Below, one piece after another: positions 37,315 to 49,730 of a DNA stretch of 64,000 bases. The notes beneath the pieces were generated by a model. That model saw nothing but the letters and a program-made list of their open reading frames with translations. It ran no database searches and had not been told where the DNA came from. The position numbers and the translations under genes are program-made. The stretch is taken from positions 6,634,001 through 6,698,000 of the forward strand of contig JBHGNT010000004.1 of the NCBI GenBank assembly GCA_043228905.1. Direction: 5' to 3'. Numbering within the stretch: position 1 is the stretch's first letter; each line of letters opens with the position of its first letter. This stretch comes from Azolla caroliniana (taxonomy: Eukaryota; Plantae; Polypodiophyta).

Positions 37315-40300
37315 ACGTAAAATAGAATGCGCTCAGACAGAGTACAAAACAGAAATAGCACAAGAGACAGAATCACTATGCGAATAGGAGGAGTACAACT
37401 AGAAGCTCCGAGGCAAAAACCTCGAGATTCTACTTTGTCAACAGACGGCTACAGAGTTACACACACTCTCACTCTCACTCTCACTCGCTTACTGTTACAC
37501 ATTTACAGAGGCAACGACCTTCTGATTAACCTTTTGACAATCGCTCCTCTTACTATTATGATTTCCCTAGGTACTTATATACTAGTACACCTTTTGGGTT
37601 ATTTACAAGTGTAGCCCAAAGGGCATATTTAGACTATTTACAAATATAGTCTTCCAAGTTGGTTGTCTACACGATTTCGGTTTCGGCCTCGGCCAACTTT
37701 CTCATCAACTCGACTCTTCTCTTCCCATCCGGAGGGACCCGTTTCCTAACAAACTCCCCCTTCACTCCGGCATGGGGTACTGCACCAATCCAATCTTCCG
37801 TTAGCACGTGCTCAGCTTTTCAGCTGGTAACACTTTAGTCAACATATCTTATCCATTTTCGGCCATGTGGACCTTCACTAGAGCAAACTCGCTATCTTCT
37901 ACTCTCCTCGAGTGGTAGGCAACATTTTTCGCAAGGTGGATGGCACTTTGATTATCGCAATAGAGTCAAAATTCTTCCTGCCGAATTCCCAACTCATTGA
38001 TAAACTCCTTCATCCATACGATTTCCTTGTCGGCTTCCGTTGCGGCCATGTACTCGGCTTCCGTGGTCGATAACACCATGGCCTTCTACAACCTCGATTG
38101 CCACGAGACGGCTCCCCCTACATACGTCATTACGTATCCGAACGTGGATCGGTTGGTATCTACATCAGCCGACATGTCTGAATCCGTGTAACCTTCCAAT
38201 GTGGAGTTACCTGAGCCAAAACGAAGACACACGCTTGAGGTGGCCCAATGCTCTTTCCTGGGATTGCTCATATATCAATTGACCACTCCGACGGCATATC
38301 CAATGTCCGGCTTGGTACACACCATTCCGTACATCAGGCTTCCAACCGCCGAGGCATGGGGGACTTTTGACATCTCGGCCTTTTCGGTTTTCGATTTCGG
38401 ACATTGATCTTTACTCAGCTTGCAGTTCGTCGGCAATGTCGAGCCGACCGGTTTCGCGCCTTCCATGCCGAATCTCTATAGCACCTTTGTCACATATTTC
38501 TCCTGTGATAGCCATAGCAATTTCTTTGTTCTGTCCCGAACAATGTGTATACCCAAGATTTGCTTTGTCGAACCCATATCCTTCATCGAGAATGACCCTT
38601 TCAAGGCCTTCTTCAATGCTCGGATCTTCATATGGTCCCATCCGACAATTAGCATGTCGTCCACGTACAACAAAAGGATGAGGAAATCTCCTCCATCGAA
38701 CTTCTTCACAAATACGCAATTTCTTTGTTCTGTCCCGAACAATGTGCATACCCAAGATTTGCTTTGTCGAACCCATATCCTTCATCGAGAATGACCCTTT
38801 CAAGGCCTTCTTCAATGCTCGGATCTTCATATGGTCCCATTCGACAATTAGCATGTCGTCCACGTACAACAAAAGGATGAGGAAATCTCCTCCATCGAAC
38901 TTCTTCACAAATACGCAGTGCTCGTCCTGAGTTTTGTGGTACCCGTTTTCGGTCATGAAGGATTCGAATTTCCGGTACCATTGCCATGGAGCCTGCTTCA
39001 ACCCGTACAAGTTGTTCCTCAATCGGCATACCAGGTTTTCTTTACCTTTCATTCCGAATCCTTCCAATTGCTCCATATATATCTCCTCTTCGAGATCTCC
39101 ATGCAGAAACATCATCTTGACATCCAATTGTTCGACTTCGAGATCGATGTTGGCCGCAATGCTCAGCACGGTTCGGATGGATATCATCTTCACTACCGGG
39201 GAAAATATTTCGTCAAAATCCACGCCTTCTTTTGTTGAAACCCTTTTACGACAATTCGTGCTTTGTATCTGGGTGGATTTCGGCCATCTCCCGGTTTCAA
39301 CTTGTATACCCATTTATTTCAAAGTGCCTTCTTCCCCTTCGGCAAGTTGGTCAGTTCGTATGTGTGGTTCTCATGCAAGGAATCCATCTCCTCTTGCATG
39401 GCACATAACCACTCTCAGTTGTGGGTATCTTTCTTAGCTTCTTCGTAGCTTTCCGGCTCCCCCTCATCGGTTAGCAGTACGCATTCTTCATCCAGAAATC
39501 TTCGAGGGGCTCTTCACTCTCTTAGGGGGTATCTTCGGCCTACGTTCGGTACGGATAGTTCGTCTTCAGCCTCTTCGTCCGAGTCGATTTCGGTTCCTCA
39601 TTCAGCCAACTCCCCTTGATCATCAGTCGTCTCTCGATTTTGCCGAGTATTAGAATGATCGACTGGTACGGGTTCGATTTCGATCAAACCGTCATCTACA
39701 CGATCCAGCCGAGCATCGACTCGGCTCAATTCAGTGGTTGGAGACTTTTTCTCATTCTCCCAATCAATCATTGTCTTCTCTTCCATGAAAATAATGTCTT
39801 AGCTCCTAATCACCTTCTTCTCAACTAAGTCCCATAGTTGATAGCCTAACTCATCATCGTCGTAACCGAGAAATATGCACAGCCGAGATTTCGGGTCTAA
39901 TTTCCCCCTCTGGCCCTTTGCCACATGCACAAAAGAAAGACAACCGAACACCCTCAAATGTCGGTATGACACGTCTTTGCCACTCCACACTCGTTGTGGA
40001 ATATCACCGTCCAAGGGTACTGAGGGTGATCGATTTATCACATAGCTGCTGTCATTAGCGCCTCAGCTCAGAATGTTTTCGGTAATTTCGCATGTGCAAG
40101 AATGCTTCGGACTCTCTCCATTATGGTCTGATTCATTCTCTTGGCCAACCCATTCAGCTCTGGCGTTTTTGGCACGGTATACTCAAGCCAGATTCCTTCT
40201 TTCTGGCAATATTCTTCGAACGGTCCGCAGTGCTCTCCATCATTGTCCGCTCAAACTACCTTCAACTTATGGCCAGTTTCTCTCTCGGCCCTCGTCTGGA

Positions 40301-42209
40301 ACTCTTTGAACATGGATAACACTTTATCCTTCATTTCCAGCACGAAAGCCCACAACTTCCAACTATAGTCGTCTATAAAGGTCACGAAATATTCTGAACC
40401 ACTATGCGACTTCGTGTCCACGTAGCATACATCCGTATACACGAGTTCCAGCGGTATTCTCTTCCTCATTGGGGGCCTTGTTCGGAAGGATGTTCGGTTT
40501 TGCTTACCGGCCAAGCAGTCCATGCATTTCTCAAGTTGCACTTTCTTCACCTCCGGAATGAGGTTATCCTCGGCAAGCTTCTGCATCCCCTTTTGGCTCA
40601 TGTGGCACAACCTCCTATGCCACAGTTCACTGATTGTTTCGGCTACCACATTCACTTCCCCACAACATAATCGAGCATTCATTACGTACATTGTGTTGGT
40701 TTTCTGTGCTCGAGCCACGATTAGACTCCCCTTGCAGAACGTCATGACACCATTCCAGATGCTACCCGTGTAGCCTTCATCCTCCAACGGACCGGCTAAT
40801 ATAAAGTTCAATCGAACCTCCAGAACGTGTCGAACATCTCTCAACACGAGTCTCCAGCCAGTTGAGGTCACCAAACACACGTCTCCAATGCCGACGATTC
40901 GGCATGCTCCTTCATTTCCCATCTTTACGGATCCGAGATCATCAGCCCTGTATGATGAGAAGCATTTCCGGTCAAGGGTTAGGTGAAATGATGCACCCAA
41001 ATCGACCACCCATGTCGATTCATGGCCGACAAGGTTCACTTTGTTCTGCTCACTAATGAGCAACAACTCCTCACTTGTTGCGATCGCCGACGTGTTCCTG
41101 CTTTCCGAATTTTTTTTCGGTTGCACACCATCAGCTCCCCCTTTTTCCTTTCGGAAATGTCAGCAATTCTTTTGAAAGTGCCCCAACTTCCCGCAATAGA
41201 AGCACGTCGGCCTTCCTCTCAACTTCGACCCCGTCCTCGATTTCTCCCGGTTTTGGGGACTCCGATACTAGCCTCTTCCCTGGTTGTGGTCATCTTCCGT
41301 AACCAAGGCCTTCGGATCGGTTCCGGACTCCCGGTCCTTTTGGCGAGCTTCTTCATCTAGCAAGCTTGATTTGACTCTTGCTAGGGACAATTGTTTTCCT
41401 TCCGGCCCGGCATTACCCAGCGTGACAACTAGCGTCTCCCAACTATCCGGGAGGGAACCAAGCAGGAGTAATGTGAGTACCTCATTGGCGAGAGGTACTT
41501 CCAACGAGGTTACCCGGTTTATCAATTCCTAGAAGGCATTCATGTGCTCCGCCATACTAGAGTCGTCTTGGTATCGGAGCCTCACTAGCTTCCTGAATAC
41601 CGAAACCTGATTAACAACATTCTTGTTCTGGGACATGATGCCGATCTTCTCCTAGAGTTCATGAGCCTTACTTTCTTCATTGAAGTTGTTGCATAGGCTC
41701 ATGTCGATGAAGCACCGGATGTATGTCGTTGTCTTCATGTGCATCACCTCCCACACTGTGGCGTCAATCTTATTTGGTCTCTTGTCCCCGAACTGAACCA
41801 GCAACCAAAGATCTTTAACCACCCGCATATCCCTCATCTTCGACTTCCACACTGAGTAGTTGGAGCCGGTGAGCTTGAACATGCCGCCGAACGATTCTTC
41901 CATTTCCTTTGTTGTTCGCTCTGATACCACTCTCACTCGCTTACTGTTACACAGTTATAGAGGCAACGACCTTCTAATTACCTTTTGACAATCGCTCCAC
42001 TTACTATTATGATTGCCCTAAGTACTTATATACTAGTACACCTTTTGGGTTATTTACAAGTGTAGCCCATAAGGGCATATTTAGACTATTTACAAGTATA
42101 GTCTTCCGAGTTGGTTGTCTACACGGTTTCGGTTTCGGCCTTGGCCTCAGCCGAGTTCCTCATCAACTCAGCTCTTCTCTTCCCATCTGGAGGGACCTGT
42201 TTCCTAACA
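37315..42209 (-). mobile_element. Ty1/copia element 3 (3' LTR interrupted by element A, probable remainder at ~21048-21070)
   Basis: Met PBS TGGTATCAGAGC 41918-41929; gag KLTGSNYSVWK; WVVDLGASFH; LWHRRLCH; VYTDVC; QLDVK; LLYVDDML; PPT complement AACTCCCCCT 37752-37761; LTR copies ~37480-37751 and 41930-42209. Confidence 0.92.
38517..38917. repeat. 199-bp direct tandem duplication inside copia 3 RT
   Basis: 38517-38715 repeated at 38716-38914; the peptide CVFVKKFDGGDFLILLLYVDD...RTKK appears twice. Confidence 0.92.
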
Positions 42210-43030
42210 CACACAACCAGGGAAAGAACCTCCCTGGGGGCCAATTTATAATCTCTCACCTATAGAGCTAGAGACTCTTTGGGAATATATCAACGAGAAT
42301 TTGGCAAATGGATTTATTCAACATTCTAGATCCTCTATTGGTGCACCCATCTTCTTCGTTAAGAAAAAAATGGGTCTCTTCGGTTGGTCATGGATTATTG
42401 AGGGTTAAACAAAGTGACTATCCAGAATAGATATGCTCTACCATTAATCTCAAACCTTTTGGAACGTCTCAGTAGAGCAAAATATTTCACAAAGTTGGAC
42501 CTTCGTGGTGCATATAATCTAGTTCGGATTCATCCAGGGGATGAATGGAAGACTGCTTTTCGCACTCGCTATGGACATTTTTAATATATCGTGATGCCAT
42601 TCGGTCTCACGAATGCACCTGTAGTTTTCTAACATATGGTGAATGATATTTTTCAAGATTTTCTAAATTATCTTCATTATAATTTACCTAGATGACATTT
42701 TGATCTACTCAAAGACCCAAGAGGAGCATGTTAACATGTTCGTCAAGTACTACGTCGACTACGAGAATATGGTCTCTATGCAAAAATTAGAAAAGTGTAG
42801 TTTCAACCAGAATCAAGTGGAATTTTTGGGGTATGTTCTATCATATGGTATCTCTATGGATCCCACGAAGATCCAAACAATTTTAGGTTGGTAGTACATG
42901 ATGTGCAATGTTTTCTCGGGTTTGCAAATTTTTACCAGAAGTTTATTAAAAATTATTCCAAGGTCGTGATTCCGATCACTCAACTCACACACAAAAATCA
43001 ACCATTCATATGAAGTTCAAATGCAACCGA
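42210..43030 (+). pseudogene. pol: chromovirus X, RT region
   Basis: [45 protein letters not shown] with frameshifts; continues at 48814. Confidence 0.88.
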
Positions 43031-43482
43031 TGTCATGAACACATGACCATTATGGCGTCACCCGGACTTGAACCTCGAACCTTGTAATCCATACTTGAAA
43101 ACCTCAACCATTAAGATAGCTTATTGTTATATGAAACAATAAAAGCTACTTCTTGTATTACATTGATTATTGTAAAACCTCTAGATTATTCAAGAATGTT
43201 CTAGAATGTCCTAGAGCATTCTAGGTCTAGAACATTCTAGAACATTCTAGAAATCTCTAAGCTATTCTATAGGAACCTATAAATAAGGGCATACATGTAT
43301 TCTCAAATCAATTCCAATCAACACCAGTCTTTAGCTCTCATTACATATCTTGTATCCATTCTCTTTCTTTCTCTATCTTATACATCCATTCTTCTCTTAG
43401 TATTTCGTTCCTTTCTTCTCGTGTTCTCTAATATCCTTCTTCCATCACTCTATCTTTTATCCTTGGTTCTGACAGTTTGATT

Positions 43483-43486
<4 letters not shown>

Positions 43487-43541
<55 letters not shown>
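43487..43541. repeat. (CT)n microsatellite in the 5' UTR of element 2
   Basis: Direct reading. Confidence 0.95.
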
Positions 43542-43544
<3 letters not shown>

Positions 43545-43568
43545 CTCCTTTGTAACCATCTTGAAACC

Positions 43569-44729
43569 ATGGTTGCCATTAACTCAGAAGAATATCTCAC
43601 CCTTGTTGCAGAAATGGAGAGCCTTAAATCCAAGTTCGCATCTCTTGAAGTAGAGAATCAACGTCTACTTGGGGATCTACAAAAGGTTACTATAGAGAAG
43701 CAACAACAACAAGAGGAGTTCACGCGACGAGTGCAACAGTTAGAGTCGACAATCGTAGTGTTACAACAACAAAGGATTGAAGGTCAGGGACTTATCAAGG
43801 AGCCCAAAATTAGCCTCCCAGCTAAATTTGATGGGTTGAGGGCGCATTTCCGAGGTTCCTTGAATCAAGTACGGTTGGTGATTCAAATGCATCCCGCGCG
43901 TTATCCAACAAATGCATCACGAGTCGAGCTAGTGGGCACCTTATTGACTGGCATAGCGTTGTCGTGGTTTGCTCCATTGCTAGAGACCAATTCTCCTCTA
44001 TTGAATAATTTCGAGGAATTTATCAAGGAATTTAAGGCTTGTTTTGGAGATACTGATGGGGCGAGAACAACTATCAACAAGATTCATACACTTCGTCAAG
44101 GTGATCAACCAGCTTCGACATATGCTGCCAATTTCCGTCTCATCGCAAGCGATATTCCTTGGGATGAACAAGCCCTAATGGAACAATTCCGTTCAGGCCT
44201 TCGTAGTGATGTCAAAGACTTACTTCTTACCTTCCCCGAGGATCCAAGGTCACTTACAGAAGCTATTAATCGAGCAATATGGTGTGATAATCGCCTTTTT
44301 GAGCGTCGATGTGAGCGACAACAAATAACAAGATCAAGATTCACACCAACTTATGCATCAGTAACTGCGCAATCATCCCCAAGGCAAATGTATAGCCCTG
44401 CTCCATCTCCAAGGCAAACATGTAGTCCAGTCCCAATGGATAGTCCTGCACCCATGGAGATCAATATGACTCAACGACGAGGACCGTTGTCAGACGAAGA
44501 GAAGCAACGTCGTCGAGCAAACCATCTATGCTTATATTGCGGAGGTCCAGGACATATAGCCATTCATTGCTCCCGTAGGCCGAGACGTCAGGTAAATCAA
44601 ATTCACTATGACAATAAAAATGAGTCCAACATTTTAGAAGTAGTTAGTGAATCTAATATTATGAATAATCCACCCTTGTCCAATAAATTTGAAGTCCTAA
44701 GCCAATTAGAAGAGGAGTCAAACGAATAA
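43569..44729 (+). CDS. gag: Gag of chromovirus element 2 (open frame)
   Basis: MVAINSEEY start; EPKISLPAKFDG, LRQGDQPASTYA, CLYCGGPGHIAIHC. Confidence 0.9.
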   Translation: MVAINSEEYLTLVAEMESLKSKFASLEVENQRLLGDLQKVTIEKQQQQEEFTRRVQQLESTIVVLQQQRIEGQGLIKEPKISLPAKFDGLRAHFRGSLNQVRLVIQMHPARYPTNASRVELVGTLLTGIALSWFAPLLETNSPLLNNFEEFIKEFKACFGDTDGARTTINKIHTLRQGDQPASTYAANFRLIASDIPWDEQALMEQFRSGLRSDVKDLLLTFPEDPRSLTEAINRAIWCDNRLFERRCERQQITRSRFTPTYASVTAQSSPRQMYSPAPSPRQTCSPVPMDSPAPMEINMTQRRGPLSDEEKQRRRANHLCLYCGGPGHIAIHCSRRPRRQVNQIHYDNKNESNILEVVSESNIMNNPPLSNKFEVLSQLEEESNE

Positions 44730-47700
44730 GTCCGGCCAAAATAGGAGCCATTTGGTTGGACAACCCTAGATATGTACAACCTAGTGTGGGTTCCATTTCT
44801 TCCAAGCATGTCAGTAGAGTCTTCTCAGCCCTAGTACAAGTTAGGACACCCAGTTGTCAAATTCAAGTCCAAGCCCTCTTAGATACTGGAGCCAATTCTT
44901 GTTTCATGGATAGAGATTTTGCCCAAAAACACCAAATATCCTTGCATACACTTCCTTGTCCAGTTTCCGTAGTAGTGATTGATGGACGCCCCATAGCTTC
45001 CGGGAAGATATTTGAAGAGTCTGAGCCAATACACATACTCTTGGGTGATTTAGGATGTGTAGTTTCCTTTAACATAATCCGTAGTCTTGAGCATCCAATT
45101 GCCCTCGGTTTGCCATGGTTCGAGCTACATAACCCTAGAATCGATTGGAGGAAGCGAGAAATTAGGTGCCCTTTAGTGGAAAATATCATTGTCAAGGATC
45201 GAACTCGGGATTATCCTCCTAAAGTATATAGTTCTACCGATGCACCATATCCTTCTCATCAAATTTCAGCTATCACATTGCAACAATTGTGCCAAGTGGG
45301 AGGCAAGGAGGAGCTCTTCTTATTTGCATTATCAATGACACCTTCTAGTGTCACTCAAGGGAATTCAGACATCCAAATTCCCAAAAAATATCAAGACTAT
45401 GCTGATGTTTTCGACAAAGTCAAAGCTAGTGTTCTTCCAAAGCATCGGTCGTACGACTATCCTATTGATCTCCAACCAGGAAAAGAGCCACCGTGGGGTC
45501 CGATTTACAATTTATTACCCACTGATCTTGAGGTTCTTCGAGAATACATCGAGGAAAATCTTGCACATGGGTTTATTCGACATTCAAAGTCTCCAGCTGG
45601 TGCTCCTATCTTTTTTGTGAAGAAAAAGGACGGCTCCCTTTGTTTGGTCGTGGACTATCGAGGCTTAAATAAAGTCACTATAAGGAATAGGTATGCTTTA
45701 CCTTTAATCTCCAATCTCTTAGAACGCATTGGTGGGGCAAAGCATTTTACAAAAATTGATCTAAGGGGTGCATATAATCTTGTTCGAATTCGGACGGGAG
45801 ATGAGTGGAAAATAGCATTTCGTACTTGGTATGGTCATTTCGAGTATACAGTCATGCCTTTCGGGCTCACAAATGCACCTGCAGTATTCCAACATATGGC
45901 AAATGACATCTTCCGGGATTTCTTGGATATTTTTCTAATCATCTACCTAGATGATCTATTGATTTACTCTAAAACACAGGGGGAGCATGATATACATGTG
46001 CGGCAAGTACTTGAACGCCTAAGGAAGTATGATCTTTATGCCAAAGTTGAGAAATGCAATTTTGATTGCAAACAAGTCGAATTTTTGGGATACACTATTT
46101 CATCCCAAGGTGTTTTCATGGACCCAGCAAAAGTCCAAACAATATTGGAATGGAAACCCCCATGCTCAGTTTGGGATGTCCAGTGTTTCCTCGGATTTGC
46201 GAACTTCTATCGCAAATTCATACATAATTATTCAAGCATTGTGTTGCCCCTTACTCAATTCACCAAGAAAAATCAAGCATTGTTTTGGAGTATCGAAGCG
46301 GACAAGGCTTTTATGCAGCTGAAAGAGGCATTCACATCAGCACCCATCCTAGCACATATTGATCCTGAAAAGCCATTTACTATTGAGGCAGATGCATCAG
46401 ACTTTGCATTGGGGAGTATCCTATCGCAACCAAGCGAGGACGGGCAGACACATCCAGTCGCGTTTCACTCGAGAAAATTTATTGTTTCGGAGATAAACTA
46501 TGAGGTGCATGACAAGGAGTTACTAGCTGTGGTCGACTTATTCGAGCAATGGCGTCATTTTCTAGAAGGATCACCTCATCAGATTATCATTTATAGTGAT
46601 CACAAAAATCTCACATATTTTCAAACAGCTCGAGTATTAAATAGACGCCAAGCTTGATGGGCCCAATTTCTAACGCGTTTCGATTTCAAGATCATTTTTC
46701 GCCCCGGAAAACAACAAGGGAAAGGAGATGCTTTGTCTCGGCGTTCGTATCTAGCACTTCGACCTGGAGATCCGGCCTTTGACAATCAAAAGCAAATTCT
46801 CCTCGGGCCATCAAAGCTACAGGTAACAACAATTTATGCCACGCCACTTGATTCTACCCTTCTTGACACTATTCGGCAACAACTTCATTCAGATGATTTC
46901 GCTAAGGATGTCTTAGCCCACTGTGGTTCAAGTCGTCCATCTTGCTCCACATTGCCAGGGTCATCCCAACATTATCAGGACTTCAAGTGGCAAGATGGCT
47001 TACTCTTCTACAAGAATCTCCTTTATGTCCCCGACGGATCACCCCGACTTCAAGTGTTGGAACATTGTCATGATGCCCCCATGGTTGGACATTTTGGTAT
47101 TTCCAAGACCATTGAGCTGGTGAAACGTTCGTTTTGGTGGCCTCACTTGCAAAAATTTGTCGAAGATTATGTTTGCACTTGTGACACTTGTTGTCACGCC
47201 AAAATACCTCGGCATCACCCTTATGGCTTACTACAACCATTACCCCCTCCCAACAAGCCATGGCAGTCTATTTCTATGGATTTCATTATGGATCTGCCAC
47301 CTTCCAAAGGCTTTGATACTATTTTAATAGTAGTGGATCGGTTCACCAAGATGGCACATTTTGTACCATGTGTAAAGACCATCAATAGTGAAGAAACTGC
47401 AGATCTCATTATGTGTGAAGTGTTTCGCCATCATGGTCTCCCGAATGATATTATTAGCAATCGAGGTCCTCAATTTATCTCACACTTTTGGAAGCACCTA
47501 TGGGTAGGCCTCAAAATCTCTTGCAAACTCTCTTCGGCTTATCATCCCCAAACTGACGGACAAACAGAGCGCACAAATCAAACGCTCGAGCAATATCTTC
47601 GATGTTTCATTAGTTATCAACAAGATGATTGGAGTAATATTTTACATCTTGCCGAGTTTGCATACAACAACACGGTCCACTCTTCTACCAAAGTTACACC

Positions 47701-48369
47701 TTTCTTTGCCTACACTGGCAACCACCCTCGATGGTGTATACTGGATCTTCCCGAGGTGTCACGAAACCCTAGTGCGGCACATCACCTCCACTAACTACAA
47801 CAAATCCAGTTCGAGTTATCGTCACATCTTCAGAAAGTGCAAGCACACCATAAGACCAATGTCGATCAACATCGTCTTAAGTCTCCGTTTAAGGTTGGTG
47901 ACCGTGTATGGTTTCTTCGTCGTCACATCAAGACTACCCGACCGTGTGCTAAGCTTGACTATCAACGCTTAGGTCCTTTTGTCATCATGGCGCAGATTAA
48001 TGATGCAACATTTCGTCTTAACCTTCCTGCGCATATGCGGCTTCACCCTGTCTTTCATAGCTCTCTTTTGGAACCTTGCCGCACCTCTTTAATTCCTAAT
48101 CGTGTCATGCCACCATCGCCTTCTGTACAACTTGTGGACGGCCCCGAATATGAGGTAGCTGCTATTCTTGATTCTAAGATTGTGCGCAATAAGCTTTATT
48201 ATCTAGTTGATTGGCTTGGCTATCCTCCGAGTGATCGCACTTGGGAACCCATTGATAACGTTTGTAATGTTGAAGCTCTAGTCAACGACTTCCATCGTCA
48301 TTATCCAAACAAGCCCGGCCCAACAATGTTAACGCCGACTTTCACTCGGCGTTCTCGAAGGAGGGATAG
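44720..48369 (+). pseudogene. pol: Pol of element 2 (PR-RT-RH-INT-chromodomain), two premature stops
   Basis: LLDTGA, YLDDLLI, EADASDFALG, HPQTDGQTER, LGPF, EYEVAAILDSKIVRNKLYYLVDWLGY...TWEP; stops at 46655 and 47792. Confidence 0.93.
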
Positions 48370-48888
48370 TGTCATGAACACACGACCATTATGGCATCAC
48401 CCTGACTTGAACCTTGAACCTTGTAACCCATACTTGAAAACCTCAACCATTAAGATAGCTTATTGTTATATGAAACAATAAAAGCTACTTCTTGTATTAC
48501 ATTGATTATTGTAAAACCTCTAGATTATTCAAGAATGTTCTAGAATGTCCTAGAGCATTCTAGGTCTAGAACATTCTAGAACATTCTAGAAATCTCTAAG
48601 TTATTGTATAGGAACCTATAAATAAGGGCATACATGTACTCTCAAATCAATTCGAATCAACACCAGTCTTTAGCTCTCATTACATATCTTGTATCCATTC
48701 TCTTTCTTTCTCTATCTTATACATCCATTCTTCTCTTAGTTATTCGTTCCTTTCTTCTTGTGTTCTCTAATATCCTTCTTCCATCACTCTATCTTTTATC
48801 CTTGGTTCTGACAACCGAGGCATTTGACAATTTAAAACGAGCGTTTACAACGACACCTATTTTGGCACATGGCAACCCAACAAAGCGT

Positions 48889-49730
48889 TGTCGTGCCTTT
48901 CGGCGTCGGATCGTTGCATGAGTCGGGTGGGAACCACTGGGGTTTTGGACTAGGGGGAAGAATTTGAGGCAATCTAGTTATGAGTAAATTATAAGAAAGA
49001 GAGATAGAAACTTGTGAATTCCACAAGTATAATGTATTTTATTAATCAATATTTAGAAAAGAATATGAATTTAGATTGAATGAGAAGGATATAGAAACCT
49101 CGTGAATCCCATGAGTATAGTTTATTTATTTTATTAATATTTAAAACCTTAATAATAAATTAAAATAGATTGGAAGAGAGAGATACAGAAAACTTGTGAA
49201 TCCCACAAGCATAATTTATTTTATTAATCATTATTTTTGAACCTTAATGATTTTTCATCCATAATTTTCTCTCCCATTACATTATGCTCCCCATCCTTAT
49301 ATAGTGATGAGAGAGTCTTAGCAATCCATGCTTTTTCTGTAACTATGGACTCCATGCTTTCTCTATCTATAGACTATATGCTTTCTCTAACATGCTTTTT
49401 CTAACCTCATGCATTTTTTATCGACTATAGTGTTTATGCACGCTAGATGTGCACATGTAGCTTTTTTCTATCATGCGTTTTTCTTCTAACTAAAGCTTTT
49501 TCCTAGAAAATATGCGTGAACTTACCTTTCTATATGAGACATCTACTTTTTCAACACTCATGATGTGTTAGTATAATGGTAAGGCTCCAAAGTATTAACA
49601 TGGAGGGACAAAGTTTGAATCTTACCCTATGTATGTAATATATATTTTAATATTTCTTTCTTTTTCTTCATATTTATTAAATCGGGTACTTTATACGTTT
49701 TTCACATAGTGTACGAAATACACTATGACA
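48889..49730 (-). mobile_element. solo LTR with TGTCGTG...ATGACA ends inserted in chromovirus X RNase H
   Basis: Host frame PTKR|FLLEANASNFA is restored by a 4-bp TSD (GCGT / ATGC, decayed); internal ~85-90 bp repeats at 49000-49230; minus-strand TATA near 49295 gives the orientation (tentative). Confidence 0.7.

Larger units (their letters stand above)
43031..48813 (+). mobile_element. full-length Ty3/gypsy chromovirus (Tcn1-like) element 2
   Basis: 444-bp LTRs 43031-43474 and 48370-48813; TSD ACCGA at 43026-43030 and 48814-48818; PPT GAAGGAGGGATAG. Confidence 0.97.
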
